A stretch of DNA of 60,000 nucleotides from Lama glama. Taxonomy: Eukaryota. The stretch covers positions 17,548,001 to 17,608,000 of the forward strand of contig CM052818.1 of the NCBI GenBank assembly GCA_028534125.1. Reading direction: 5' to 3'. Shown here in pieces: positions 12,171 to 25,230 of this stretch (the first letter of the stretch is position 1; the number at the start of each line of letters is the position of its first letter). The notes beneath the pieces were generated by a model. That model was not told the origin of the DNA. It made no database searches and saw nothing but the letters and a program-made list of their open reading frames with translations. The position numbers were made by a program, and so were the translations under genes.

Positions 12171-14732
12171 TATAAAATCAAATAGACATGATTATCTCTT
12201 TCCATCAATCTAAATAGTCTTATAGTTTAAATATTTGGAAAAATCAATATTTCACGAAGTTCAAACTGGAAACGTTTTCTTGTGGGGCTATTGTAAGGAG
12301 ACTTTTCATTTTAGGCGGGGTATATGTCATCTACTCATGCTATGATTTTCATCTACATTATTGTGACAATGTAAAGTCTTTAAAAAGCTGTCTATTCTCA
12401 ATAGCTTGCTTGCAGTATTGTAATTCCTTGCTTTAATCATGAGATAAGATTTCTTAGTCATCAAATAAAAAAGCATGGGTGGCAACCTAAAATCTCTTTT
12501 TGTTTTAAAGACTAGCCAAATAATGTGTCTTTGGTTACCTGTGTCCTTAGTGGCACACCTCGGACCCTTTACTCATGCTTTTTCAGGTCATGTTTCTTTT
12601 TCATATGCCATGCTTCTAGCTAAAGAAAAAAAAAAACTTGTCTGTCTAGACCTCTTTTGGCATAAACTCCATTAAATACCAAACTGTTAAAGCTTATACC
12701 CTCTTTTTCTTCATGTTTGTCTGTTTCTTGATTGAAATGTTAAACATATAAAACACCCTCTTATGTCTAAGAGCTTTTATGTGATGTCTGTAATCAGAAT
12801 GCCCAAGGACTTTCTACAGAAGCTTAGTAGTCCTGTGACTTTTTTGATTCCAGGTTTTCCTATCCAAACTAGAATTGTTGGATTTCCCTACAAGAGTTAA
12901 CAGAGAGTCATTGTGTCAAACTTCACGAAGGAAATTGACTTCGTACATAAACTTACTGTGGAATTTCTTCTGTTTTCCTAACGCATCGATTAGAAAAGCA
13001 ATTGCCACTGTGACTGTCTGTTTTCACCTGCAACAAGCAGGAATGGGAGGGAAAGGAGGATGGAGTCAGAAAGTCTGGATCATGAGGAAGAGGCTGGGAG
13101 CATGAGATAGGCCTGCTAGAGCTTCCGAGGTAAAGAGATTCAGCATGGTGAGGAGAGGGACAAAGGATGGTGAGAGAAAGTGTACGGGGGCTCAATGTAT
13201 TAATTTACTTAGTAATTCATTCAAAAACATTCTTTTAAGACCTCCCATTCTTTTAAGTGCCTGGCCCTCGGCTAAAGTGTAGAGAATAAATAATGAGTGT
13301 GGAGGGGGCCAGAACAGGTGTCTGGAGCTAAGGTAGGAGATGATACAGCAGTCCACATGTTGCATAGCATGGGAAGCAGAGTTGGAGAGATACTGTGTTG
13401 AAAGTGAAGACGTGGCTCTTCCTAAAGGTGCAGGCTCCAGCAACATTAAGAAAGCAGAAGCCAAGGGCAATGAGAGAGATTTTCTGCTCCCTTCTAGCAA
13501 GTGAAATGGGGGCCAGAAGGTATTGCGAGGTCTGATTCTATGCACAGAAGTGGTGAAGCTGTGTCCAATTCTCAAGAAACTGAGGGGAACTTGAGATGAT
13601 TAGATCCCTGTAAAACTCGAGTCCTTTTGCTTCGGCGCTCACTGACACAGCCACCCACTTGCCAGGCCTTCCACTGCCCCCAGGCGCTTTCACTGTTGGC
13701 CCTTAGCCCTGCTGCAGAGCTGCTTTGAGGAGATGGACCTCATCTAAGCTGGACTCAGAATCCGCATCGTTCTTTAGAGACAAGCCCTGAAAGAAAGTGA
13801 GAACAGAGTGAAGACACTCATCCAGTTTTGAGGAGCTGATAAATATTTCAAGTTAAACAGTGTAAGTTGCTGTTTTTTATTGTTGTTGGCATGACCATTT
13901 AGCAAGTCTCCCCAAAAATCTAATTACAGTCTCACAGAATCATCTTTGTATTGGTTTAGAAAGATTCCTCAGGCAGCTCCTAGGAATAGACATTTGTATG
14001 AATAGTGTAGGCTTTAGAATTTGTTTTTAGAGTTCTGGAAATGGTTACAAGCCATTTTTTTTTTTTTGATCTCACAACGATTACTAAATTGAAGAAGACA
14101 TCAGTGTATTTCAATAAGTAAATCTTACCTTATTTAATCATTAACATAAATAAAGATTTATTTTATGCAGCTGTGGGGTTTTTTGGCATAGAAATTTTAA
14201 AAATAAACTAGAAATCAAACTCCAACACTAAAATGTTAATAGTTAATGAAGCCACAGGGGGCCACGCCCTGAAGAAAATGGTAGTATCACATAATTTTTC
14301 TTAATTTAAGAAATTTCACTTAAGCATAGGAAAGGTTAAATAGTTCCTTGTGTAAAAGTTGTTCTTTGGATATAATGGAGTAATGCTGAAATTTATATAT
14401 ATTTCATGCTGCAATCAGTTTCATTATTATCTTTTAACTTGAATAATGCAGAATGTAAACTGGTAGAGTTTGTTTTCTGTGCTAACTGCCAGAATTGTGG
14501 TGCAGAATTTTATGATTTATAACAAATCCAGAAAAGAACAAAATGTATTATTTAACCAAAATTAAAAATTAAAATAGACATTAACATATTATTTTAGTGA
14601 AAAACAAATCTAAAAGCACTTACCTTTAGACTTTTTTGTCAATTAGTGGCAAAATACTGTCACATCCACTTAACATCAAAGGTCTGTGAATAAGCCAACA
14701 GTCTATGATTTTAAATACTTTTAAATTATCTC

Positions 14733-15141
14733 TGTACAAGTTTGCTAAGGCGGCCATAGCAAAGTACCGCAGACTGGGTGGCTCACACGGCAGGCATTTA
14801 TTTTCTCCCAGTTCTGAAGGATGGAAGTCCCAGGTCACCATGTCGGCACGGTTGATTTCTTCCAGAACCTGTCTCCTTGGCTTGCAGATAGCTGCCTTCT
14901 CTCGAGTGTTCATGTAGTCTTTTCTCTCTGTGCGCATGCCCCTGCTGTCTCTGTGTGTGTCCAAATTACCTTTTCTTATAAGAACACCAGCTAGATTGGA
15001 TTAGGGCCCCTTATAAGGGAGCTGTTTTAACTTAACCATAACTTTAAAAGCCCTGTCTCCAAATGCAACCATATTCTGAGATACTGGGGTTTAGGGCTTC
15101 AACACATGAAGTTTGGGGGGGATACAAGTCAGCCCATAAGA
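14733..15141 (-). mobile_element. MaLR solo LTR (MLT1B-like)
   Basis: caaagtaccgcagactgggtggct...gattggattagggccc...tagggcttcaacacatgaa...cagcccataa; near full length. Confidence 0.9.
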
Positions 15142-16209
15142 GCTTGGGAGAGTTTGAAGGGTTCTTGGGTGGAGGATGCCAGCAAACTGTTTATTTTCAC
15201 TGAAGTCACCGTAAGTCACCAGTTGGGTTTCAAAGACTTAAGGGAAAAAATTAAATACAGTGTTAATTAGGCCAGAGTTGTATGGCCCAGTTAGTTTAGC
15301 CCTATCCTTGAAAATGACACAGTCTAACTATAGATGTGCTGGATTACAAAATGACAGAGAAGAGCATGTGAGTGGATGAACTCCAATTGTCCTTACTAAT
15401 CAGCTTAGCTTGGTAGGACCTGTTTCTACTTTTGCTCTTCTCTCCATCCTGTTCTATATTTGGGAATCTACTAGAAATCACAAGTGGCTTAAGTTTAAGG
15501 GACACTGAGAGCAGCAGAGGAATTCATAGTCTTACTCTGAGTCTTACTACTGCATCCTGTGGCTTGTCTGCATCTCAGCTGGTCATCTCCGTCCAGGCTG
15601 GGAGTTACACTTGAGTCCCCACCTACAGGTTTTCAAGTTTACTCTTGTCAGATTCCACCGGATGAGAGCTCTTATGAGGGTGTTTCCTGGACTGGAAATA
15701 GCTTCCAAAGTAACAGTTCCCCAGATCACAGGTATTTGAGAAACGCAAGAAAAGATTTTACTTAGATACATTTTGGACAAAGGGGTTTGCAACGAGCAGC
15801 CATTGATTTGAAGAAGTCCTTTAGATCCCCTCTTGAAATTGTCTTCTTATCTCTTGCGTGCCAAGCATTTAAAATGAAGAGAGAAACCTCTTTTCTTTTC
15901 AGACATCATAATGTACTCCCTCCCTCCCATCCTGTTACCTACTTTTTATAAAATTGAAATCTCCTAAAATCTAACCCCTGCTTTCCTTTCTTCTCTTGAA
16001 ATGGCTGTCAGAGCAGTGACATGCTTCAGTGGGTGGGTAGAAAGAAGCCAGAGGAACGTCTACATGTTGAGAAGTGTGTGTCTGTATAGATGAGAGAAGA
16101 AAGAAGACAAACTTACATTAGACAAATCAGAAAAACGTAAAATTATAACGGTCTCCACAGATGAAGACTGAAAATCTTCATAAATTTCCCAAAGCACTAT
16201 GAGATAGTC

Positions 16210-16260
16210 AAAAAAAAAAAAAAAGAAAGAAAGAAAAGAAAAGAAACAGAAAAAAAAAAG
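16210..16260. repeat. poly(A)/(GAAA)n tract
   Basis: Directly visible. Confidence 0.9.
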
Positions 16261-17139
16261 TATGCCAAGTCAAAGATTTCACTGCCTTTTAAAAGTACTT
16301 GCAGAGTTAGAAACCTTGATGATACTGGTTTTTAATGACTCTCCAATTAAATGTCTCATAAAAACCCACAGATGGCATGTTTTAACAAGATGGCCTACCA
16401 TGTGTCATCTTCATCCCACCTTAAACTTGGGGCCGTCAGTCATTAGCATAGAGATCAACTTAGGGTCCCCAACCCTTACAGTCCCCCGACCTCATTTTAC
16501 AGGTGATAGGACTGACTTGCCTTAGGCCACCCAGTATCCGCTTCTGTTTACAGTCCCTGTGATCCTTCTTTGCCACAAGCAGGATGCAGAAAAGAGAAGA
16601 GTGGAAGACATTCTATTCCAACTGCATCTCCTACAAGCACTAGTATACAGATTAAAGTGTCATTCTGAGACCTCGGTGATATCCAAAGTTTTCTTGTTTC
16701 AGGAGCAGCTTTGTCAAACCCTGCCCCTGTACAGCGTGGATGATGGTCCCCTAAATTCTCTTTTCCTTCCAGGCAGGTGCATTTGGCTTTTTCTTCTTGT
16801 GGGGCCTCCTCAAGGTAATGACCTCCTTTCAGTTGTTCCCGCAGGCTTACAGGTGGCCATGCATAAACCTCTGAGAATGAAGCTGACGTTGCTTGGGGGA
16901 GAATGCAGCAGTTTGGACAAAGCACCTGTGGGGTTCAGGGCATCACTTATAATACGTCTAGTTCACTGGCCTTTACTTGTCCTAGGAAAGAAAAAGTGAT
17001 TTATTTTCCACTCTTTTTCACACCTGCCTCAACTACTTTCTTATGCTCAGATGGGTTAGAAACAATTTCTGTGATCTCTCTATTTCTAGCTAAGTCATAT
17101 TAGGCAAATTCTACCAGATAACAATTAATGACACAGCCG

Positions 17140-17350
17140 CAATATAATACCTAATATTTACTGAATGCTTACTCTGTGCCAGAGACTGTGCTAAGATTTA
17201 CATATATTGTGTCACTATTCTTACACTTACCTACTTTCCAGATGAGAAAACTGAGGTTCAGAGATGTTCTGGTCCTGGCCTCATGTTACCCAGCTCATTA
17301 ACAGTAAAGCCAGGATTTGAACCCAGGAATCAGAGATCAATATCTGACCA
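17140..17350 (-). mobile_element. MIR SINE
   Basis: atttactgaatgcttactctgtgccag...cagatgagaaaactgaggttcagaga...gccaggatttgaacccagg. Confidence 0.85.
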
Positions 17351-18595
17351 TCAAGGGCTCTCTTTCCACGATGAATCTGACCACAGGGGTACTTTTTTCT
17401 AAGAAATAATTGCTGATAGCCAAAACAAAATCTTCTTGGGGGAAATAAATTTTAGGGAGAATGTTATTTTAGGGTTCAAATCCACAGTGTTTGATTTGTC
17501 TACAGAAGAAAAAGTGATTATTTTATTTAAGAGGTTTAACATTTTATAAAATTGAAGCGGCTGGACCCACAGCTGTATCTCAGCCTATGCTTTGCACTTC
17601 CAGAGCATTTAATCTTAAATAATTTGCATATGCGGTTGACAAACTACATCTTTCTAATTGAAAAAAATCATCCTGTATTCCAATTACAAGTGGAGGAGAG
17701 GGATTGAAGTCCACTGAAAATGAGGTTAGAATGCAGTAGTAATCAGACTCATTTTTCTTTACTGGCGAATAAGGAACTTTCTCAATATCATTTACAGGCT
17801 ACATTAGGCCATGTATGAGACAATTATGTATTTTCTCTTCTATACACCAGTCTAAATATTAAGAAGAATAGAGTAAAAGTCAAGATTGGTATGAGGAGAT
17901 AGAAAATCTATCTGTACCACATACTCCTCTGATTTTCAGAAATCAAGAACTGGGTAAAGAAGTCTTAGAGACTATAAATGTAAGTTCTTATTAGGGTGGA
18001 TAAGCCTGTATGTTGACATTCTGATTTAGAGAGTGCATAAGATTCTCGTATCTGGGGAAAAGGCAAAATGCCATTTGTAAGGTAATGTGAGGCTGTTCTT
18101 ACATTTCATTTTTCTTATTCTCACCATTGAATGATGTCTGTCAGTGGCCCTGTCTGTTTTTGCAGCTGTTAAACTGTTCTTCTGTCTTAAATGCTACCCA
18201 GCAAGCGCAAAAGAACTCTGTAGTATGTGTGATAACAGAGTATGACCTTTAATTTATCAGAGCACATTCTGTATTTTGTTATCTGCTTGTCCCTTTTGCT
18301 CTTCATTTCTTGCTGCTGGTTTTTGATATGATACTCCTGTGTCTTTGCATTAGGAACCCAACAGCTTAGAAACACTTGGGGGAGAATTTGTAAATCACTG
18401 TTCATTTCACATGGGCAGAGAGATCCAAAGTTCACAAGGTTACCTTTATTTCTACTTAATCTGATGGAACAATATCCAAAATAAAATTTTCCAATGTAAC
18501 TAGCTAATAGGAACACATGCTTCTACAAATCTTTGTGTAAAGGCAGACTAGATATCTTAATGTAGTTCCACATGACAGAGGCACATGAAAGGAGA

Positions 18596-18906
18596 AATTC
18601 CTTAAACCAGTTACAAAACAGAAACAGACTCACAGACATGGAAAACAAACATGTTTACCAGGAGAAAGGGGGTGGGAAGGGATAAATTGGGAGTTTGAGA
18701 TTTGCAGATCCTAACTACTATATATAAAACAGCTACACAGCAAGTTTCTACTGTACAGCACTGGGGACTATATTCAATATCTTGTAGTAGCCTATAATGA
18801 AAAAGAATATGAAAAGGAATATATATGTGCATATAAATGAATCACCATGCTGTACACCTGAAATTGACACAACATTGTAAACTGACTATGCTTAAAAACA
18901 AAGAAA
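18596..18906 (+). mobile_element. L1 3' UTR fragment (cetartiodactyl type)
   Basis: acaaaacagaaacagactcacagac...gctgtacacctgaaattgacacaacattgtaaactgactat plus A-rich tail; 9-bp TSD GAAAGGAGA (18587-18595, 18907-18915). Confidence 0.9.
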
Positions 18907-20729
18907 GAAAGGAGAGCCTTTGATGGTTCAGATACTGTTTCTAATTTCTTCCGCAAAGCCATTGTTGCACTCTACAGTAGGCAGCCTGTGTTCTCCCGAG
19001 CTCAGCATCACAGCAGTGTCATATGAAGGTATTGTTTAATTGGATACAAAAACCTGTTGTTTTGCAGAAGGAGCTGGGGTGTCTTCTCATGCGTTAGTCA
19101 CGAACAGGGCATTGCCCTGCTTGAGCAGTCTGTTCTCTCCAGCTGTATTGAGTTCAGTGGGCACTGACAGGGCACTTGGGTGTGCCACCCTCTCTTGCCA
19201 TAAATTTGCACTCGGGTACTACATTTCATCTGTAAAAAATACTTTTTTTGTTTAAGACATGGTGGGAGCAAAATTGGAATCCCTATAAATGTAGTAGCAA
19301 TAATATTCAATTAAAATTTGAAAAAGATCACTCATAATCCCTTTACCCTAACACAAATATTTTCATTCTTGCATATTGCCCTCAAATTCTTGCCAACTTG
19401 CATCGTATTTTATTTAATACTTTTAACATTGTGTATATTACATGTTTCACTTTGCATGATGTTAAGTATTTTAACCATTTTTATTCATATTTGCAATTAG
19501 TTTGAATCAAAATATATTCTGTTGGAGAATGTATTTATTTTAAAAATAGATGTAGAAGTGTTGAATTTTATGAAATTAAAGAGAATAATCAACTATCCAC
19601 CTTTTGGGAGTTAATATTCACCTTACAACATACTTTTATCTAGTTATTATTTCAATAAAATTTAGATTGCTTGTGATCTCAGTAAAATTCTTTGGGTTTC
19701 ATTGCACCTTCTTTGACTGTTCTGATCCAGTGTCCTCTCTGAACTCCTGTGACAACTACAATTCAAATTGTGATTGATTGTGTGTGTCTACCAAGTTATC
19801 TGTTATCTTGAACGTGCATGTAACTTTCCTTATTTTGTCCTTTGACTCCCTAGCCAAAGTATAAGCCTTGTAAGGATGGGATCCATGTGATATATTGCTG
19901 TATGCCTGACACAGTACTTTCAGAGTGCACAGTCAGTGCTTATGTATTGACATCATTGAGTCAGATTGGATTCCTAATGTCTACTTAAGCCATAGTAAAG
20001 AAACAACTTATTCAACTATTAGAACTAGAGACAGAAAGTGAAATCTTTTGCAGATGTGAAATATGTCTAGGAAGAGTAGACCTGGATGTATGCCTTGAGC
20101 TATTGATGAGTGATAGGAGAGCTAGAAAGAAAGAAAAAAAAGGAGGCAATATGAAGTTCAAGGAAAATTCACTTTAACATGTTGCAGAGTTCCATCCCTC
20201 TTCTCACAAGCCAACAAAGAGTGGTGGTCTTTGTCTCATGACAGAGACCCTCTCTCCTTTTTCCAACTTGTCTCTGGAGAGGGTCACCATCCGAAAAGCT
20301 GTGAACTTGGTGGGTCATTATGCTTGGAGCTTGTCCTGTAGGTTAGGGATAAAGACAAGGAATGCTCAGAGCATTTTATGTCTCAAGGGGGCGATGCATG
20401 CATGGCAGGGCATTGGTGTAAAAAGAAGAAAATGAAATATTGCACCTCACTGGGTTCTTTTATCACTTTACTTAATTCTGCTTTGCTATATTAATCTATA
20501 AAATAAACATGATAAAAATATCCTCCTGATGAATCCTCAAAACTGTTGAGGTTACTGATTTCCTGTGCCCAGGAGTCTAATCTCACCCCAAGCTTTGTAA
20601 GGCAGAATCTTTACAGACAAGACCATGATATCTTCCATTATATGAGAGTACCATAAGGATTAAAAGGAAGATGTTGGGCCTTTATGACTCAGGCTGTTTG
20701 AGTCTTTGCTTTCATAACTATTCTGTGGA

Positions 20730-20950
20730 ATAGCTTTGTTTGGAGTCAGATATACCTGGGCTCAAATGTTCCCTCCATTTATTATACACAGAACAGTACT
20801 AGTTATGTTATCTCTTTGAGCCTCAATTTTTCCATCTACAAAACAAAAGATACTTATGGTCAGGGGTCAGTATAGGGACCAAATGAGATGACCTCTATAA
20901 GCAAGCAGCACAATGCATAAAATGTAAAAGTCATGCAATACACTATCTTT
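20730..20950 (+). mobile_element. MIR SINE
   Basis: ggagtcagatatacctgggctcaaat...tgagcctcaattttttccatctacaaaa. Confidence 0.65.
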
Positions 20951-23849
20951 TAAATTTCCTGGTGGTCTTGTATTTTCATATATAGTATGTATGTATGTAC
21001 ACATATATAATATTTAGTGGTACAGATATGGACCAGATGTAGTCCTTACTTGCAAGGTGCCCATAATCTAGAATCAATTCCATGAAACCATTTCATCACA
21101 AGTATAGGTACTGCTACGAAGTGTTGTCAGAATTCATAATGGAAGACTCTAGGCTAATGTGGTAGGGGGCACAGAGCATGCTTCTTTGAGAGACTTATAA
21201 GGTAATATTAAGAGGAGAAATAAGTTGACCAGACCCAGACGTGTGTGTGTGTGTGTTTGAAGATGGGTGGAAGTGTTGAGGAGTACACAGAGATGCAGGA
21301 AATTTGCAAGGCAAGGGGTGAATGGCATTTTCAAAGAGGATTAACTTGGTTGTAGAATTTTAAAGAAGTCCAGAGTAACTAGAATTTAAAGAGTTAAAAA
21401 TAAATGGTTCAAGATGAAACTGGAGTAGGCAGGAGCCGTATAGATGTATATATTTGTTATGTACACATTTGATGATATAGCAAATGATATAATATACAGG
21501 ACAGATGTTTATATTAGAACAGCTATATTTTTTCCCAGGCTTCTCCCTTGAAGAGTGTCAATCGTGTTCAAAATGCGCTTATTTGGAACGTTACCCGCTA
21601 AGTTAGGTATTAACTCTGTTGTATTGTTTGCATAAGTACACGTGGCATTTATTTGGAAGTTATGTGATAACGCTGCTTTTAAAACTTGAGTAGTTTTACA
21701 AAACTATGTTAAATGTTCACTTTGCTTTATGGCCTAGGCATAGCCAAATGCCATGTCCTCATTTAAAAGCAAAAAGTCAAAGAAAAAAAAAAAGTTTCCT
21801 AATCTTCTCTGGAACTATCTATCTATAGCTTTTTAGAACCTTTTGTGTTTCCTTTCCCAATGTTAAAAATGCAGGAAACAAGAAGCCTTCAGTAGAAGCA
21901 AGTATCTTTGTTTTTACTTTCATATTGTTCTGCACAAATGTGGGGTTCATAGCTTTGCTTTTCCTTCTTGTTTTCCAAGTGTATTTCTATGTCATATCAA
22001 AAAATGCCACTTTTATTTCCGAGGAGACATTAAACATCAGGGGAGAAGATCTATGAAAATGAGAGGAGAAAAATTGTGTGTTAGTGAAGTTCATATAGCT
22101 TGTCTCCACTGGCCCAGAGTCATGAAAATATGATCACAATTTTATTTCCCTTTGTTTTCTGAGTCCCGCCGTGAAGTTTAGTGCAGGTCAAGGATTTGTG
22201 TTTTATTACTCCTTGCAGCTTACCTTGATTCTTTGAAATTACCCTTGTTTCCTTGAAGTCTTCTGGTTATACAAAATTAACATAATGTCGTGTGACCAAA
22301 TATTATTGGTTAGGTGGGAAAGCGAAACTATCTGCAATTCAATCAAAATTAAGGATGTTACACTCCTAACTCTAAATGATCAGATTTTCCATTTTTTTTC
22401 TTCACCCCTGGAACCTTGTTTGATGTATCCATTACATTTAGTACTTTACACTGAAATAGCCACACCAATTAGAGTTTGAACCTGTCATTTGGTTGTAGGG
22501 TTACTATTATGGGGCCTGCCTGTTGTCAAAAATACTGAATCCTAAAACTAACATAATATTATATGTCAATTACATTTCAGTTAGAAAATTTGTTAATTAA
22601 AATTATTGAATCCTTCAACAACTCAAAGAAAAATGAACCAAATTTTACATATTGTTTTACTGATTGAAAAGTACTTCAGCAGAGACATGCATGTTGCCGG
22701 TGACATGTTCAGTAAAGGTACCAAGAGGTTTAACCCACATAAAATTAACTGGAGGAAAAAGAAGGGAAATCAAAAGGAAAACCTCATTCTGCTTTTATTA
22801 GGGAAAGGAAGTATGCAACTAAATCATTATTCAATGAGAATCTCTGCCATTATAAACCTAGTTACATCCTCAGTAGATTGCTGTAGTTGATTTCCATACT
22901 TTTTAAAAAGTTGAAATTCTACTTGGACCCTTTTTGTAATTCCAAAATTAATAGGTCTTTTACACATGGGTTATTATTGCTTTATCCTTATCTCTGATTT
23001 ATAATACTTGCAGATGAAAATAGCTTCTCCTTTCATTTGATTTGAATTTTAAGGTACATTTTCCTTGTTTTTAATCTCTTCAGTCGGTATAAGCCTGCGT
23101 CCTTTGACCATCCACAGAAAATCCGTGTAATGTTTCTGCATCCCAGCATGCTTGGTATTAGATTCCGAAACTTTCCAAAGGAAAGAAAAGGCCATCAGAA
23201 ATTACAACTATCTTTGACCTTTCCCAATCAGATGGGTTGCTTTATGTCCTTTCTTCTGCATGCAAACTTTAGATACATGTCGAACTATGGACAGGATTAA
23301 ATAAATGAACACAATCATACAGAGTTACTGGATATGTGGTAAGTAATGTATCACCATGAACTTATAAAGGAATGAAATGCAATTTGAGCAATTTCTTAAA
23401 GTAACATACCCCAATTATGACTTTCCATATGTAGTCTGTCAATGAAAATCATGAGGTAGAAGCAAAATGTGGGCTTATTCCTGGTGAATTAAACAATCTG
23501 AACTATTTTATACCCAATAGTAGGAGGGGTTTGGGAATCATCTGTTAGAAAGACATTGTCACTGTATTCTATTTAACTATGTCTTCGTTTGTTGACAATG
23601 GACTTACATATAGTTTTATCACAAGAGAAATCATTAGTTTTTATTCTAGTAGAAGAACAAGTAATTTGGGGAATAAAGTCAACATATTTTGAAGTAAACA
23701 TCTCCTAATTTTCTAGCCATTAACACCAAGAAAAGTCTGTCCTTGGATTTCAAAATCAAATCTTTCAGTTAAAAAAAAAATTGCTCTCAACTATAGCACA
23801 TCTGACATTCATAAGTTACAGGATTGTATGATCCTGTTTGTATGACTAC

Positions 23850-23936
23850 TTTTTTTTTTAATATAGTTACTGGGGATTGAACCCAGGACCTCAAGCAGGC
23901 TAAGCAAGCACGCGAACACTGAGCTGTACGCTACCT
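23850..23936 (-). mobile_element. tRNA-derived SINE, Vic-1-like (camelid), short copy
   Basis: poly(T) then tactggggattgaacccaggacctca...gctaagca...ctgagctgtac; B box GGTTCAATCC on the minus strand. Confidence 0.8.
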
Positions 23937-24574
23937 TTCTTGAAAACTTTTGTGTCTTTTACACCTGTCTCTGCTGCCTGTTCTTTCCATCAGCTCTTTG
24001 TTCATTGGGAATACAGTGTTTATGTTCTTTTTTTTAACTGAGTCTCATCAAGAATCTTTAGAAGCTATTGTTGACTTAAATCATGCCATGTCAATCATAT
24101 TAATTGTTCTGTGAGTGCCAGTCAAAGGCATGAGGGTACATTGTATGTATGTATGTATGTGTATGGATATATATGCAATTTTATGTTTTTATGTGCTCTT
24201 TTCAAAACCATTCAGAAAGAGTATATCAAGTCTTCAATTTTCTCCACCTGTATTTGTTAAGATTTTTGTCTCTATGTTCCCTGCTGTTAATATCTATGAT
24301 TATCTACTTTGTGGCATGGGGCAGTAATTATTAAACAAATAATGAACTGATTGTATGAATGTTCAAACCAGTGATAATTAGTAAACACATAAAATTATAA
24401 TTGAAATATGTGCTGTTTCCTTTGGAAAGTACAAAGAAAAGCTTATCTACATGTGATCTGTCCTCTGGGCATAAGTATTTGCTTTCTTGTGAATGTTGTT
24501 AGGCTGTGGAGATGAGATAGTGGTGCTACAGAAGCTATCAGAATTAAAAATAAGATTTCTTTTCCTACTTCATT

Positions 24575-25230
24575 TTACAGATATTTCATAGCAGGTCCTA
24601 GGATAGGTATTGTGCAAGCGCTGAGAATACAGCAATAAACACTAATGCATAATACCTGACCTCAGGAACTTCAGAGTTCAAACAGAAAATACATATTGAA
24701 TATGCAATTCCAACATTGGTGCTTGTTTCTAATGGACATGTATCAGGCACTAGAAAAGCATGTAACCAGGTGTCCTAATCCAGCTTGAGGACATCAGGGA
24801 AGACCTCCTGTGGAAATGTTCCCGCCAAGAAGATTCCATTACTAAGGAAAGATGAGGATGGATGGGAATGAGGAAAAGTCTTTCAAATAGTGGAGAGTAC
24901 ACCCAAAGAGACAAGGAGAACTTTAGAGGAATTGAAAGAACTCATGAGGATGGAAAGAGAACAACAAGGCAGTGACAGCTGTGAGATGGGGCAGGGGAGG
25001 TAGGAAGGGACCAGTCATGGAAGTTCTCATAAGCCTCATCAGCTTGCCTGAGATTTTATCTTCAAGGCAATAGGAGGGTTGTATTAGACAAGTGGCACGG
25101 TTAGATACTGGCTGACATGTGGAGAATGGGTGGGGTTGACTGTGGAGAGGATGCAGAGAGGTCTGTTAATATACTGTCATTGTAATTGGGCGAGAGGTGC
25201 CTTGCAGCCCAGATCTGGGTGGTGTTTGAG
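24575..25230 (-). mobile_element. L2 LINE fragment
   Basis: Antisense L2 3' motifs (gctgagaatacagcaataaac...catcagggaagacctcctg...gattttatcttcaaggcaatagga). Confidence 0.7.

Noticed and set aside
16548..17103. Overlapping 125-146 aa ORFs on both strands
   Set aside because: No recognisable homology or exon structure; expected by chance in a slightly GC-richer patch.
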